Positions 19,717-29,393 of a stretch of DNA of 64,000 nucleotides are shown here, piece by piece. A model generated the notes under the pieces. It ran no database searches, had not been told where the DNA came from, and saw nothing but the letters and a program-made list of their open reading frames with translations. How positions within the stretch are numbered: the first letter of the stretch is position 1; the number at the start of each line of letters is the position of its first letter. Position numbers and translations under genes: made by a program. Source of the stretch: an uncultured Nitrospinaceae bacterium. GTDB taxonomy: Bacteria; UBA8248. The stretch spans positions 64,001-128,000 of the forward strand of contig CAXFSR010000043.1 of the NCBI GenBank assembly GCA_964005815.1, in the 5' to 3' direction.

Positions 19717-21474
19717 CTACGACACAAATGGAAGTAGCAGATAAGGCTTATGCTCAGGTCCAGAATGCAAAGTTACCTTTTTCCCAAAAATTTCAGGTGG
19801 CCTATCTTTGGGATCATTGTGATAAAACAACGCAACACCCGTAAATGGCTCTTTCATATTCGACAATCCACCTGAGTGTCCACCAGGATATACATAATCT
19901 TTTCCACGAACAGAAAGACCTATTCTATATCCCTCTGGCACCACCACACATGAAGGCCAAATCTCAATATCTAATTCATATATCTCACCTGGATTCAGAG
20001 GTTGTATTTCATCATGCGTATGATAAGGCCTATAAGGCAAAGTAAGTTCTTCGTCTAGTTTCCTATGAGAAGCTCTCAGCCACCCCTGTGCAATCGGCGT
20101 ATGAGGATCAACAGCACCTACGAATGTAATTTCTTTCATATCCGGAGAAAAAAGACGAACGACGAGGAAGAAATCTGCATCATTCGTTTCAGAAGAAATG
20201 AACAATTTAGAAGCCATAGGACCTGTCAGTTCTGTTTCCTTTTCGAATGGTTGAGTTAAGAAAATCAAACCGTCACTAAATCCATCGTAACTAGCAGAGG
20301 AACTCTCCGAAGGGGAATCCTCTCCCAAACTATAATTAGAAGTGTCAAGATAAAACTTCTTCCAATCTGTTCTAGCCAATGGCCATTCATTTTCTTCTCT
20401 TGGCACAAACTTTTCACCTACATGACGTACTTGCAAGAAGACTTTAGATTGTTTCTCCCAACCAGAATCTTCACCTTTCAAGAAATGATTAAAGAATTTC
20501 AACTGCATTTCTCTTCCGTAGTCTGTATAAAAGTGCGTCCAATGTTCTATCCCATGTACTTCTAGCCATTTTTCCTCAGAAGCACTTCGCACATAACCTT
20601 CAAAGTTTCCGCGCGGGTGTAGTCCCTGTCCACCCCAATTCGCAGTAGATAGAAACGGCACCTTTATCTTTGAAAAATCAGGCATTCTTGAAGTCCAATA
20701 TTCATCCGTATCGAGTTTATTTGCTAAGACATCATCACCAAAATCATTACGATTTGCTCCAAGTTCTTCTGGACTTAACGTAATCGGCCCAGAGACCAGA
20801 TCCCCATTCATCTTACTTACAAATCCACGTTCACCTAAACCATGCTGCACTGTATAAACCTGCATCTCAGACCAGGTTCTTGAAAAACCGTTGCAAAAAA
20901 TTCCGCCATGATGTCCCATATCTCTATAAAAATCTGCTGCACCTTCCCATATACACATAGCAGCTAAATGTGAAGGTTGAAGGGCTGCGACCTGCCATTG
21001 GTTTTCGGCGTAATAGGAAATTCCATTCAACCCTACTTTACCGTTAGACCACTCCTGCACCCCGCCCCATTCAATACAATCATGTAAATCTTTCGCTTCC
21101 CTAGCAGACCAAATATCAATTACTCCAGGAGAGCGTCCACAACCTCTAGAGTCAACTCGAACTATCGCATATTTTTCAGGAACCCATTTTTCTGGATCTA
21201 CCACTTCCCAGTTTTGATATTTGTTAGTAGAACCTGCCGTTACATCAGGATGTTTTTCTGCCATCAAATCCCATGCAGATGCATACAGATCTTGAAATAG
21301 AAGATATTTTCCGTAAGGACCATATGTCATTAAAACAGGATATTTTCCATCTTCGATTGGACGATACACATCACAACGTAAAACGAGACCATCATCCACT
21401 GTGATCGGAACATCCCAATCAATTCTCATTCCATCTCTGATTTCTGTTTTCGATTGACTATCTAGATAACTCAT
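19717..21474 (-). CDS. CocE/NonD family serine hydrolase (paralog 1)
   Basis: DG.VLRCDVYRP, VD.RG.G.S.G, WSNGKVG..GISY (nucleophile), C-terminal jelly-roll YELDIEIWP; ATG after GGAGG. Confidence 0.92.
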   Translation of the reverse strand: MSYLDSQSKTEIRDGMRIDWDVPITVDDGLVLRCDVYRPIEDGKYPVLMTYGPYGKYLLFQDLYASAWDLMAEKHPDVTAGSTNKYQNWEVVDPEKWVPEKYAIVRVDSRGCGRSPGVIDIWSAREAKDLHDCIEWGGVQEWSNGKVGLNGISYYAENQWQVAALQPSHLAAMCIWEGAADFYRDMGHHGGIFCNGFSRTWSEMQVYTVQHGLGERGFVSKMNGDLVSGPITLSPEELGANRNDFGDDVLANKLDTDEYWTSRMPDFSKIKVPFLSTANWGGQGLHPRGNFEGYVRSASEEKWLEVHGIEHWTHFYTDYGREMQLKFFNHFLKGEDSGWEKQSKVFLQVRHVGEKFVPREENEWPLARTDWKKFYLDTSNYSLGEDSPSESSSASYDGFSDGLIFLTQPFEKETELTGPMASKLFISSETNDADFFLVVRLFSPDMKEITFVGAVDPHTPIAQGWLRASHRKLDEELTLPYRPYHTHDEIQPLNPGEIYELDIEIWPSCVVVPEGYRIGLSVRGKDYVYPGGHSGGLSNMKEPFTGVALFYHNDPKDRPPEIFGKKVTLHSGPEHKPYLLLPFVS

Positions 21475-21639
21475 AAAAAAGCCTCCACGATTTTTCATAA
21501 ATTAGTCGAAAAATCAAAAAAGTAATTGTTTTTTAAGAAATTTACATAACGATTTTACCAACTAAACAAGTTTCATCAAATGAATTTAATTAAAAATATG
21601 ATAGAATGATATTTATTCGACTACTAGGAATGGCAATCC

Positions 21640-22014
21640 ATGGACAAAAAACAAGAGATCACCGAAAGACCTCCCTATATACCAGGCACATCGGAAGAAT
21701 TAGATGCTGTAGCGGCAGCTCCATCTAATCATGAAGTTCTGATTGAAAATGAAAAAGTACGTGTTGTGAGAGTCACTATTGAGCCCGGGGAACTTGAGAA
21801 AATGCATACTCACAAATATCACAGCGTTTTTATTGTAAATAGTCTTCCTGAAATAAACTACTACGATGAAAAGATGAGAAAAGTAAAATTGGCGGGAAGA
21901 AGACAAGCGGGAATTCCGAGATATCTTGAGCCAGAAGGAGTGCATGCGGTAGAAAATGTCGGTGACAAACTATTTGATGGAATACGCATAGAACTAAAAG
22001 AAGAAATGCACTAA
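21640..22014 (+). CDS. Cupin domain protein
   Basis: AAP.NHEVL.ENEKVRV, PGE...MHTH, H.VEN, RIELK. Confidence 0.8.
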   Translation: MDKKQEITERPPYIPGTSEELDAVAAAPSNHEVLIENEKVRVVRVTIEPGELEKMHTHKYHSVFIVNSLPEINYYDEKMRKVKLAGRRQAGIPRYLEPEGVHAVENVGDKLFDGIRIELKEEMH

Positions 22015-23183
22015 GAATTTCCACATGAATTCTTAATTTTTTTCTTTATCCACTTCCTTGCAAGAACGTTAGCTGTTTTAATCTGTTCCTCAGACATTCC
22101 CGGTTCTATTTTATTTTTCTTGACATCATAAGAATTACTATGTTCTTCAAAATTTCTGGAAAAAAACCACGCAATGTCATTCCAAAAATGTGCTTGAATT
22201 AGATCTTTTTTGATACCTTTTCCGCTTAAATAGATCCCAACCATTTCAGGATATGCTTGATAGATACATTTTTCTGCAATTTTGTGAAACCACTTCATTG
22301 CTTTTTGATTATTTTTTAAAACCCCTTTTCCTTTTGCATACATCATACCGAATACCATTTCTGCAGGCGGGTAACCTATAGCCGCTGCTTTTTGAAACCA
22401 CTCTATTGCTTTCTTTTGATCTTTCTCTACTCCTTCTCCATATTGATATATGTATCCCAATTTAAATTGATGAACTACAGAACCTGCTAATGCACCTTTT
22501 TTATGTATCACATACCTTTTCTTCAAATCCCTCATAACGTAATTATCATCTCCGTTATAATAGGCATCTGCGAGTTTATCCATCGCTTCAATATTTCCTT
22601 GGTTTGCAGATTTTTTGTACCATTCAAACGCATCTCTTTTCCATCTTCTGATCAAATTCATAGAATCATAAACATCACCCAATAAAAGCTGGGCTTCCGG
22701 ATTTCCATTTCGAGCATGTTCTATCAAACGTCTTCTTGCAATTATCGGATTGCCATCTTTTAACCATCCATCAAGTGCCACTTTTATAGATTTCACCACT
22801 TCATCAGAATACTTTTTCCTAGGAATTATATATCGAGGGAATTCATTTTTTCTTAACCACTTTCTTAAACTCCACATTAAGTTGAATTGCAACTTGTAAA
22901 GATCATCTTGAAAATCAATAAATGCTTTTGGAGTCGCGTAAACTTGGCGCTCATATTCTTTCCTTTCCCTTTCTCTCTCGGCTTCTCTTTTCTGTCTTTC
23001 AATCCTTTCTTGTTCAGAAAGCTTTGCCAATGACTCAATCCTAGTTTCCCTTGAATTATTCCATTTTTCAGCGTCTGTTTTAGGAAATGGATTTTTAGGC
23101 AATTCATCTGAACAAGAATTAAGAAATGCTAAGAAAAGCAAGAAACAAACAGAAATAATACGATAACTATATTTCTTAAACAT
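22011..23183 (-). CDS. Sel1-repeat lipoprotein with charged coiled coil
   Basis: Lipobox FLNSC, E/R-rich helix, repeats such as LGYIYQYGEGVEKDQKKAIEWFQKAA; ATG 23183 after GAGGGG. Confidence 0.8.
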   Translation of the reverse strand: MFKKYSYRIISVCFLLFLAFLNSCSDELPKNPFPKTDAEKWNNSRETRIESLAKLSEQERIERQKREAERERERKEYERQVYATPKAFIDFQDDLYKLQFNLMWSLRKWLRKNEFPRYIIPRKKYSDEVVKSIKVALDGWLKDGNPIIARRRLIEHARNGNPEAQLLLGDVYDSMNLIRRWKRDAFEWYKKSANQGNIEAMDKLADAYYNGDDNYVMRDLKKRYVIHKKGALAGSVVHQFKLGYIYQYGEGVEKDQKKAIEWFQKAAAIGYPPAEMVFGMMYAKGKGVLKNNQKAMKWFHKIAEKCIYQAYPEMVGIYLSGKGIKKDLIQAHFWNDIAWFFSRNFEEHSNSYDVKKNKIEPGMSEEQIKTANVLARKWIKKKIKNSCGNS

Positions 23184-23313
23184 TTTCCCCTCATGAAATA
23201 TCAATCTGTTTGCTAGCATACCATTCAAACATGAAGAGATTATGAATATTTATCATTTAAAATACATAAAGTGTTTTCTTGATAAAGATTGCATGGTATT
23301 GTTTTATATTGCA

Positions 23314-24198
23314 TTATCTTCCATAAACAACAAAATAAGCCCCAGCTAGAGCTAATACGGCTCCTGCAAAAACTCGATAGGTAAGCTTTTCCTGTTCCCT
23401 AAAAAAACACCAGGTTAAAAACACGATTAGGAGAATAGACAGACGACTCAAAGGAATGATTTGCGTCACATTTCCCAATTTCATAGCAGACCAAAAACAA
23501 AGAATAGCAAGTGACTGCGAAAGGGCTCCAAAAAAAATCACTATAAATCCTTTTTTGTCCCACTCTCTCATACTCGAAGCTTTACGAAACGGAATCATAA
23601 AAATAAATATACTAAAACAAGTTGTATTGGATATCGCCATACCAAAAGTTGAAGAAGGAATATAAGAAAATGCAGTTTTCCCGCTTAAATGAGAAAAGGA
23701 ATACATAAGTGCAGAAAGTGCTGGCACAATATAATAATAGATAGGAATTTTTTTCTTTCCAACATTTTTACCATCATAAACAACAAGCATAGAACTTAAC
23801 ATTATGAATCCTGTACCTATCGCTTTCAAAATGGTCATATCTTCACCTAACACAAAGACAGCTAAAAGAGCTGACCAAATCAGTACGGTCTGCGCAACAA
23901 TCGTAGAACGGGCTAGTCCTGTAAGTTTAATACCAATAAGATTAATGTACCGTCCAGCAAAAGGACCAAAAAGGCCTACAGCCATAAAGAAAAATATACC
24001 TTCCCAGGGAAATGCAACTGGAACTATATCCAGATTATAGAAAAGCCAACCGAAGGAAGCAGTAACGATCGCCAAAATGAAATTGGCAAACAATGCGCTC
24101 ATTCTGTCTACAACATATCGCTGAGACAATCTCGTAAAAGATACAAAAACTGCAGAAAGGAGAGCAAGAATATTTGGATGAAAAAAATCTAGCAACAT
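23314..24198 (-). CDS. EamA/DMT family transporter (tandem copy 3 of 3)
   Basis: 10 TM in two EamA repeats, LGE and F.E.E motifs; near-identical architecture to its neighbours. Confidence 0.88.
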   Translation of the reverse strand: MLLDFFHPNILALLSAVFVSFTRLSQRYVVDRMSALFANFILAIVTASFGWLFYNLDIVPVAFPWEGIFFFMAVGLFGPFAGRYINLIGIKLTGLARSTIVAQTVLIWSALLAVFVLGEDMTILKAIGTGFIMLSSMLVVYDGKNVGKKKIPIYYYIVPALSALMYSFSHLSGKTAFSYIPSSTFGMAISNTTCFSIFIFMIPFRKASSMREWDKKGFIVIFFGALSQSLAILCFWSAMKLGNVTQIIPLSRLSILLIVFLTWCFFREQEKLTYRVFAGAVLALAGAYFVVYGR

Positions 24199-24207
24199 AA
24201 ATTCTAT

Positions 24208-25092
24208 CTACTTTCCATAGACAACACCGTATGCGCCTGCTAGAGCTAATAGAGCACCAATAAAAACTCTATACGTTAGCTTTTCCTCTTTTCTAAAGAA
24301 AAGCCAAGTCAGAAAGACGATAAGAAGTATTGACAGACGACTCAAAGGAATAACTTGTGTCATGTTTCCTAATTTCATTGCAGACCAAAAACAAAGAATA
24401 GCAAGTGACTGTGTAACCGAACCGAGTAATATAAAGATAAACCCTTTTTTACTTTCTTTTTTTAAAACACCATCCTTACGAAATGGAAGCATGAAAAGGA
24501 GAATACTCAAACAAGTTGTACTGGATATTGCCATACCAAAGGTAGAAGAAGGAATAAAAGAGAAAGCAGTCTTTCCAATCAAATGCGAAAAGGCATACAT
24601 AAGAGCAGAAAGAGCTGGCACAAGATAATAATAGATAGGAATCTTTTTTTTCTCGTCAGACTTTCCATCATAAACGACAAGCATAGAACTCAACATGATC
24701 AATCCTGTGCCTATGACATTCAAAACAGTCATCCCTTCCCCAAGTACAAAAACAGCAAACAGTGCTGACCAAACAAGTACCGTCTGCGCAACAATCGTAG
24801 ATCTGGCCAGTCCTGTAAGTTTTATAGCGAACAGATAGATGTAACGGCCTGCAAAAGGACTAAAGAAACCTACAGCCATAAACAAGAAAATACCTTCCCA
24901 AGGAAAAGAAAGAGGAACTATATCTAAAGAATAGAAAAACCAACCAAAAACACCGGTAACAATCGAAAAAACAAGATTAATCCAAAACTCGCTTATTCTA
25001 TCCAATGCATAACGTTGAGTTATCCTCGTGCAAGATACAAAAATTGCAGAAAGAAGCGCAAGAATATTTGGGTGAATGATATCTAACAACAT
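24208..25092 (-). CDS. EamA/DMT family transporter (tandem copy 2 of 3)
   Basis: Same MLLD..HPNILALLSA start and LCFWSAMK, IPLSRLS motifs; 294 aa. Confidence 0.88.
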   Translation of the reverse strand: MLLDIIHPNILALLSAIFVSCTRITQRYALDRISEFWINLVFSIVTGVFGWFFYSLDIVPLSFPWEGIFLFMAVGFFSPFAGRYIYLFAIKLTGLARSTIVAQTVLVWSALFAVFVLGEGMTVLNVIGTGLIMLSSMLVVYDGKSDEKKKIPIYYYLVPALSALMYAFSHLIGKTAFSFIPSSTFGMAISSTTCLSILLFMLPFRKDGVLKKESKKGFIFILLGSVTQSLAILCFWSAMKLGNMTQVIPLSRLSILLIVFLTWLFFRKEEKLTYRVFIGALLALAGAYGVVYGK

Positions 25093-25155
25093 AAATTCAT
25101 TTCACTTTCTTTCATATAAGAAACACTCATAAATGCTCTCGTCTTTACCAAGACT

Positions 25156-26040
25156 TTACCTTCCATACACAACTCCATAAGCACCTACCAAGGCTAAAAC
25201 TGCACCAACAAAAACTCGATACGTTAGTTTTTCCTGTTCTCGAAAGAAATACCAGGTTAGAAATACAATGATAAGTAGAGACAAACGACTCAATGGGATA
25301 ATTTGCGTAATCTTTCCGGATTTCATTGCAGACCAAAAACACAAAATTCCAAATGATTGAGAAATAGCGCCGAAAAGAAGCATAAGAAAACCTTTTTTGT
25401 CCCACTCTTTCAATCTCCCAGCCTGATGGAATGGAATCATAAAGATCAATAAACTTAAAGAAGTAGTGTTAGATATAGCCATGCCAAAAGAAGATGAGTC
25501 AATCATAGAAAAAGCAACTTTACCCGTCAGATGGGCAAAAGCATACATTAGTGCTGAGAGTGCGGGCACTAGATAATAATAGATAGGAATCCTTCTTTTC
25601 CCCGATGACTTTCCATCATAAACAATCATCATTGAACTAAACATAATCAAGGCAGTCCCTAGTGCAATTGGCAATGTCATTTCTTCTCCAAGACCAAAAA
25701 CCGCAAATAAAGCAGACCATATCAATACCGTTTGTGCAACGATGGCCGCCCTAGCAAGTCCAGTAAGGCTAAGAGCAAGAAGATTACAATAACGTCCCGC
25801 AAACGCACCAAAAAAACCTACTGCCATAAACCATAAAACTCCTTCAAAAGTAATATTTAACGCAGGGATATCAATAGAATAAAAAATCCAGCCAAAAAGT
25901 GCAGTAACAATCGCCATAATCAAATTTGCAAAAAGAGCACTCATTCTTACTACTGCATAGCGTTGTGCCACTCTTGCAAATGAAATAAACGTCGCTGAAA
26001 GAAGTGCAAGAATATTCGGATGTAGAAAGTCAAGTAACAT
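25156..26040 (-). CDS. EamA/DMT family transporter (tandem copy 1 of 3)
   Basis: Same family motifs; start placed at MLLDF by alignment with the paralogs. Confidence 0.88.
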   Translation of the reverse strand: MLLDFLHPNILALLSATFISFARVAQRYAVVRMSALFANLIMAIVTALFGWIFYSIDIPALNITFEGVLWFMAVGFFGAFAGRYCNLLALSLTGLARAAIVAQTVLIWSALFAVFGLGEEMTLPIALGTALIMFSSMMIVYDGKSSGKRRIPIYYYLVPALSALMYAFAHLTGKVAFSMIDSSSFGMAISNTTSLSLLIFMIPFHQAGRLKEWDKKGFLMLLFGAISQSFGILCFWSAMKSGKITQIIPLSRLSLLIIVFLTWYFFREQEKLTYRVFVGAVLALVGAYGVVYGR

Positions 26041-26125
26041 AATATCCAATCTTGTGCATGAAGATATTTTTTTTATAGTGCAAATGATTTAGAATGCAAA
26101 CATCTAATAAATGAAAGAAAATTAA

Positions 26126-26647
26126 ATGACAAAAATAACAAAAATATTACTCGCTTCTTTCTTTATAGTACTTATCTACACAACATACGGATTTTCTGAG
26201 TCCAACAACGAAGAGCGTGAAACTAGAATTGCACTAACAGCATATAAAGCAGGCGATTATACAACTGCCCTAAAAAAATGGCGAATGCTTTCTGAATATG
26301 GAAATTCTGAGGCCCAATATCGTTTATGTACAATTTACCGAAGAGCACACGGAGTTAAGAAAAACATCAAGAAAGCCTTTGAATATTGTAATAAATCAGC
26401 AAAACAAGGTCATGTTCTCGCTCAAGTTAGACTGGGACTAATGTACAAAAAAGGAGAAGGAACAAATAAGAATTTTATCTTTGCTCTTAAGTGGCTCGAT
26501 ATTGCCAGCAACAAAAAAAATAGTTTTGCCAACAAAATGAGTAAAAAATTAAAGAAAAAAATGAAATTTCCTGAAATTCAAAAATCTTTAGAATTATCAT
26601 CAAAATGGAAAAGAAAGAACAACAAGTTATCTTGTGACATAAAATAA
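26126..26647 (+). CDS. Exported Sel1-repeat protein
   Basis: Signal peptide, AY.AGDY..A, G..EAQY.L, LGLMYKKGEG. Confidence 0.82.
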   Translation: MTKITKILLASFFIVLIYTTYGFSESNNEERETRIALTAYKAGDYTTALKKWRMLSEYGNSEAQYRLCTIYRRAHGVKKNIKKAFEYCNKSAKQGHVLAQVRLGLMYKKGEGTNKNFIFALKWLDIASNKKNSFANKMSKKLKKKMKFPEIQKSLELSSKWKRKNNKLSCDIK

Positions 26648-26662
26648 AAATGGAGTCAGGCA

Positions 26663-27085
26663 ATGAAATTCGATCAAATAGAATACTTTTTAAAGGTAAA
26701 CCACAGAGGTGTGATTACCACAAAACAAAAAAATGGCGCCTTACATTCTAGTATTATCGTATGTGGAGCATTCAATGGAAAAGCTGCATTTGTTGCAGTA
26801 AGGGGAAAATCAGCAAAAGTAAGAAATTTAAGACAAGACACAAATTGTTCTCTCCTAGTAGTAAAAAATGACTGGAGAGAATGGATCAATTTAGAGGGAG
26901 AAGCACAACTCTTTGATTACCAAAACTCAGACCCAGAATATATGAGAAAACTTTTAAGAGAACTTTTCAATGTGTGTGGAGACGCAGAACATCCAGACTG
27001 GGAAGAATACGACAGGGCAATGGTCAAACAAGACGCGGTTGCTATTTTAATAAACCCAGTAAAGATTTATGGCCTAATACGATAA
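26663..27085 (+). CDS. PPOX-class split-barrel oxidoreductase (possibly F420-dependent)
   Basis: GVITT...G..H.S, AKVRNLR, EG.A and HPDWEEYDRAM motif as in Rv1155-like proteins. Confidence 0.82.
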   Translation: MKFDQIEYFLKVNHRGVITTKQKNGALHSSIIVCGAFNGKAAFVAVRGKSAKVRNLRQDTNCSLLVVKNDWREWINLEGEAQLFDYQNSDPEYMRKLLRELFNVCGDAEHPDWEEYDRAMVKQDAVAILINPVKIYGLIR

Positions 27086-27090
27086 AAGAA

Positions 27091-27522
27091 TTACGCATCT
27101 ACTACCGCAACAACTTTGATCTCTATCAAACATCTTGGATCCGTCGCCGTCCTCACTATCTGCACCGTAGTTGAAGAAGGTCGATGATCTCCAAAAAATT
27201 CTCTTCTGACTTTTCTCATTTCCTCTTGTGTTGTCATATCTCTCAAAAACCAAACGGTATCAACAACATCACGCATAGTGCCACCTACTGACTCTAGGCT
27301 TTTTTTTACCTTTTCTAAAGCTGCACGAGTTTGTCCTTCCATGTCTTGTGGCATCTTGTCAAATTCCTCGGCTACGTGCGGATGGCTATGATAAGCCGGA
27401 GCTGCAGTTACCCCAGACAAGAAAATCATTTTACCACCGGTCACAGAAATGCCTGCAGGGTAATGATTCTTTTCAACAGGAGCATCATCCCAATCTACAA
27501 TTTCAATATGTTTATTTGTCAT
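27091..27522 (-). CDS. Rid (YjgF/YER057c/UK114) family protein, non-RidA type
   Basis: IFLSG, QT..AL, GG...DVV, FFG..RP.ST, LIEI..VA; ATG 27522 after GGAG. Confidence 0.85.
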   Translation of the reverse strand: MTNKHIEIVDWDDAPVEKNHYPAGISVTGGKMIFLSGVTAAPAYHSHPHVAEEFDKMPQDMEGQTRAALEKVKKSLESVGGTMRDVVDTVWFLRDMTTQEEMRKVRREFFGDHRPSSTTVQIVRTATDPRCLIEIKVVAVVDA

Positions 27523-27552
27523 CTTATTTCTCCACAAAAAAGATTAATGGGT

Positions 27553-27933
27553 TCAAGATTCATCTTCTTTCTTGAAATCAGGATTTCCTCTCCAGCCTTT
27601 ACGCACTGCGGAAAAATCTCTAGCCTCTCCATAACGCACCCTAAAAAGTACTGACCTCTCACTACCATTCTCATATTCGTGAACTTCGCCGCGAGGATGT
27701 ATAACAAAATCACCTGGAGACATTTCCACCACCTTTTCATCAGTTGTCATTTTGCCACCACCTTTAACACAGAAATATATTTCAGTTAAATGGGGATGAG
27801 CATGAATTGGACTAATTTGGCCAGGCTCCCAACAAGCAACCGTCACATCTCCTTCTTCGAATTGACCTACTATGTTTGCCACATGGTGATCATCATCATA
27901 CTTTTCCTCTTTTCCTATTGTAAAATTCAGCAT
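27553..27933 (-). CDS. Cupin domain protein
   Basis: WEPGQISPIHAHP..TEIY.C..G, P.GEVH.Y.N. Confidence 0.82.
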   Translation of the reverse strand: MLNFTIGKEEKYDDDHHVANIVGQFEEGDVTVACWEPGQISPIHAHPHLTEIYFCVKGGGKMTTDEKVVEMSPGDFVIHPRGEVHEYENGSERSVLFRVRYGEARDFSAVRKGWRGNPDFKKEDES

Positions 27934-27966
27934 AGTTTTCCCCTTCTAATTAAAAGCATCTTATTT

Positions 27967-29247
27967 TTAAACAGAAGCATTTTTATTTGGATCTCTATAA
28001 ACAACCAAAGTAAAGAAGATCACAACAACCATCCCAACAACTATACTCATAAAAGGAAACAGATAACTACCTGTATAGTCAAAAACAAAACCTGCGAAAG
28101 GGGGTCCAAGTACTCCACCTAAACCAAAAAACACCTCAAGAAATCCCATGGTTGAACCTAGTGTATTTCCCTTAAAAGAATCAGCTGCCATAGCAGAATA
28201 ACAAGAGGTCATCCCACCAAGTCCAATTCCAAAAATCAGTATGTATAAGATTGCAAGATAGATAGAGTTCCCAACAAAAACAAAACACATCAAAACTAAA
28301 ATTCCTATCCCAGTAAGTAATGCTGAAAGAGATTGAGCATTAGGTCTTCCAATATAATCACTACACCAACCCATAACGATACTTCCTGCAATTCTCACAA
28401 AACCGACAGACCCAAAAATTAATGCTGAAGAGGAACTAGAAAATTTTACATCCGTGAGATAAAGGTGTAGTTGACTAAAAATCATATTGTTATTCAGACC
28501 AATTAAAAAAACTGTAATTGTAAGAACCCAAAAATTTCTATCGTTTTTAAGTTTATTGTATATTTCCAAAAATCCAATTTTTTCCTTCTTGTCCTCTAGA
28601 ACAAGTTCGGTAGCAGAACCTTCTGGAAGTTCTTCTCCATCAATATTCTGTCCAATATCTTCAGGCTTGTTATAGAGGAAAAAATACACAATCGGAAAAA
28701 GCAAAAAGAGAACTGACGAACCCAATAGTAAATAAGTCCATCTCCAACCCACAAGAGAAATCGAATATTCAATTAAAGGAATTAGCATCAACATCCCTAT
28801 TCCACTTCCAGAAAGTGCGATACCTGTAGCAATTCCTCTCTTTTTATTAAACCATTTTGGAATAAGAGCACTATAAATAGGAAATCCACTCATGGCTATT
28901 CCCAAACCAACCAAAAGTGTAGGGAAAACAAAAACATGCCAAAGTTCAGAAATCAAGGAACTAAGAAGCATGCCAACGCCGTAAAAAATTGGACCCCAAA
29001 GCAAAACAAACCTTGGACCTTTGGTGTCAAACAATCTTCCTGTGAAAGGACAGGTAATAGCATAGGTCCCTAACATAATTGCATAGGCTGACCCTAAAAC
29101 TCCCCTTCCCCAACCAAATTCTTCAATCAAAGAAGTCTGAAAAATAGAAAAAGAAAAACGCACGGCAACTGAATAGGCCATACAGAAAAAAATTAAGGAA
29201 ACGATTGTCCATCCATAAAAGTAAAGCTTTTTTTTCATGACATCCAT
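27967..29247 (-). CDS. MFS transporter (OFA/MCT-like)
   Basis: FYGW, EFGW.R, GRLFD..GPR, WF.KKRG.A.GI, GP...G..FD.TGSY. Confidence 0.9.
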   Translation of the reverse strand: MDVMKKKLYFYGWTIVSLIFFCMAYSVAVRFSFSIFQTSLIEEFGWGRGVLGSAYAIMLGTYAITCPFTGRLFDTKGPRFVLLWGPIFYGVGMLLSSLISELWHVFVFPTLLVGLGIAMSGFPIYSALIPKWFNKKRGIATGIALSGSGIGMLMLIPLIEYSISLVGWRWTYLLLGSSVLFLLFPIVYFFLYNKPEDIGQNIDGEELPEGSATELVLEDKKEKIGFLEIYNKLKNDRNFWVLTITVFLIGLNNNMIFSQLHLYLTDVKFSSSSSALIFGSVGFVRIAGSIVMGWCSDYIGRPNAQSLSALLTGIGILVLMCFVFVGNSIYLAILYILIFGIGLGGMTSCYSAMAADSFKGNTLGSTMGFLEVFFGLGGVLGPPFAGFVFDYTGSYLFPFMSIVVGMVVVIFFTLVVYRDPNKNASV

Positions 29248-29393
29248 AAGGAAGTTTGAGAATTAAAAATAAAATGAATACAACTATTATGTGTAATACT
29301 TACAATTTTGTATAATCAGTTACAGTTTTAATTGAAATGACTATTTTTTAACTATTTCTGAATTTCAACAAAGTAAAATTGATGGAGAAAAAA

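Noticed and set aside
23456..24628. Repeated plus-strand ORFs sharing FPNFIADQKQRIASDC
   Set aside because: The similarity simply mirrors the duplicated DMT genes on the opposite strand
23314..26040. Roughly 0.9-kb periodic repeats as a possible mobile element or CRISPR
   Set aside because: They are coding paralogs; no short repeat-spacer structure, terminal repeats, transposase or cas genes
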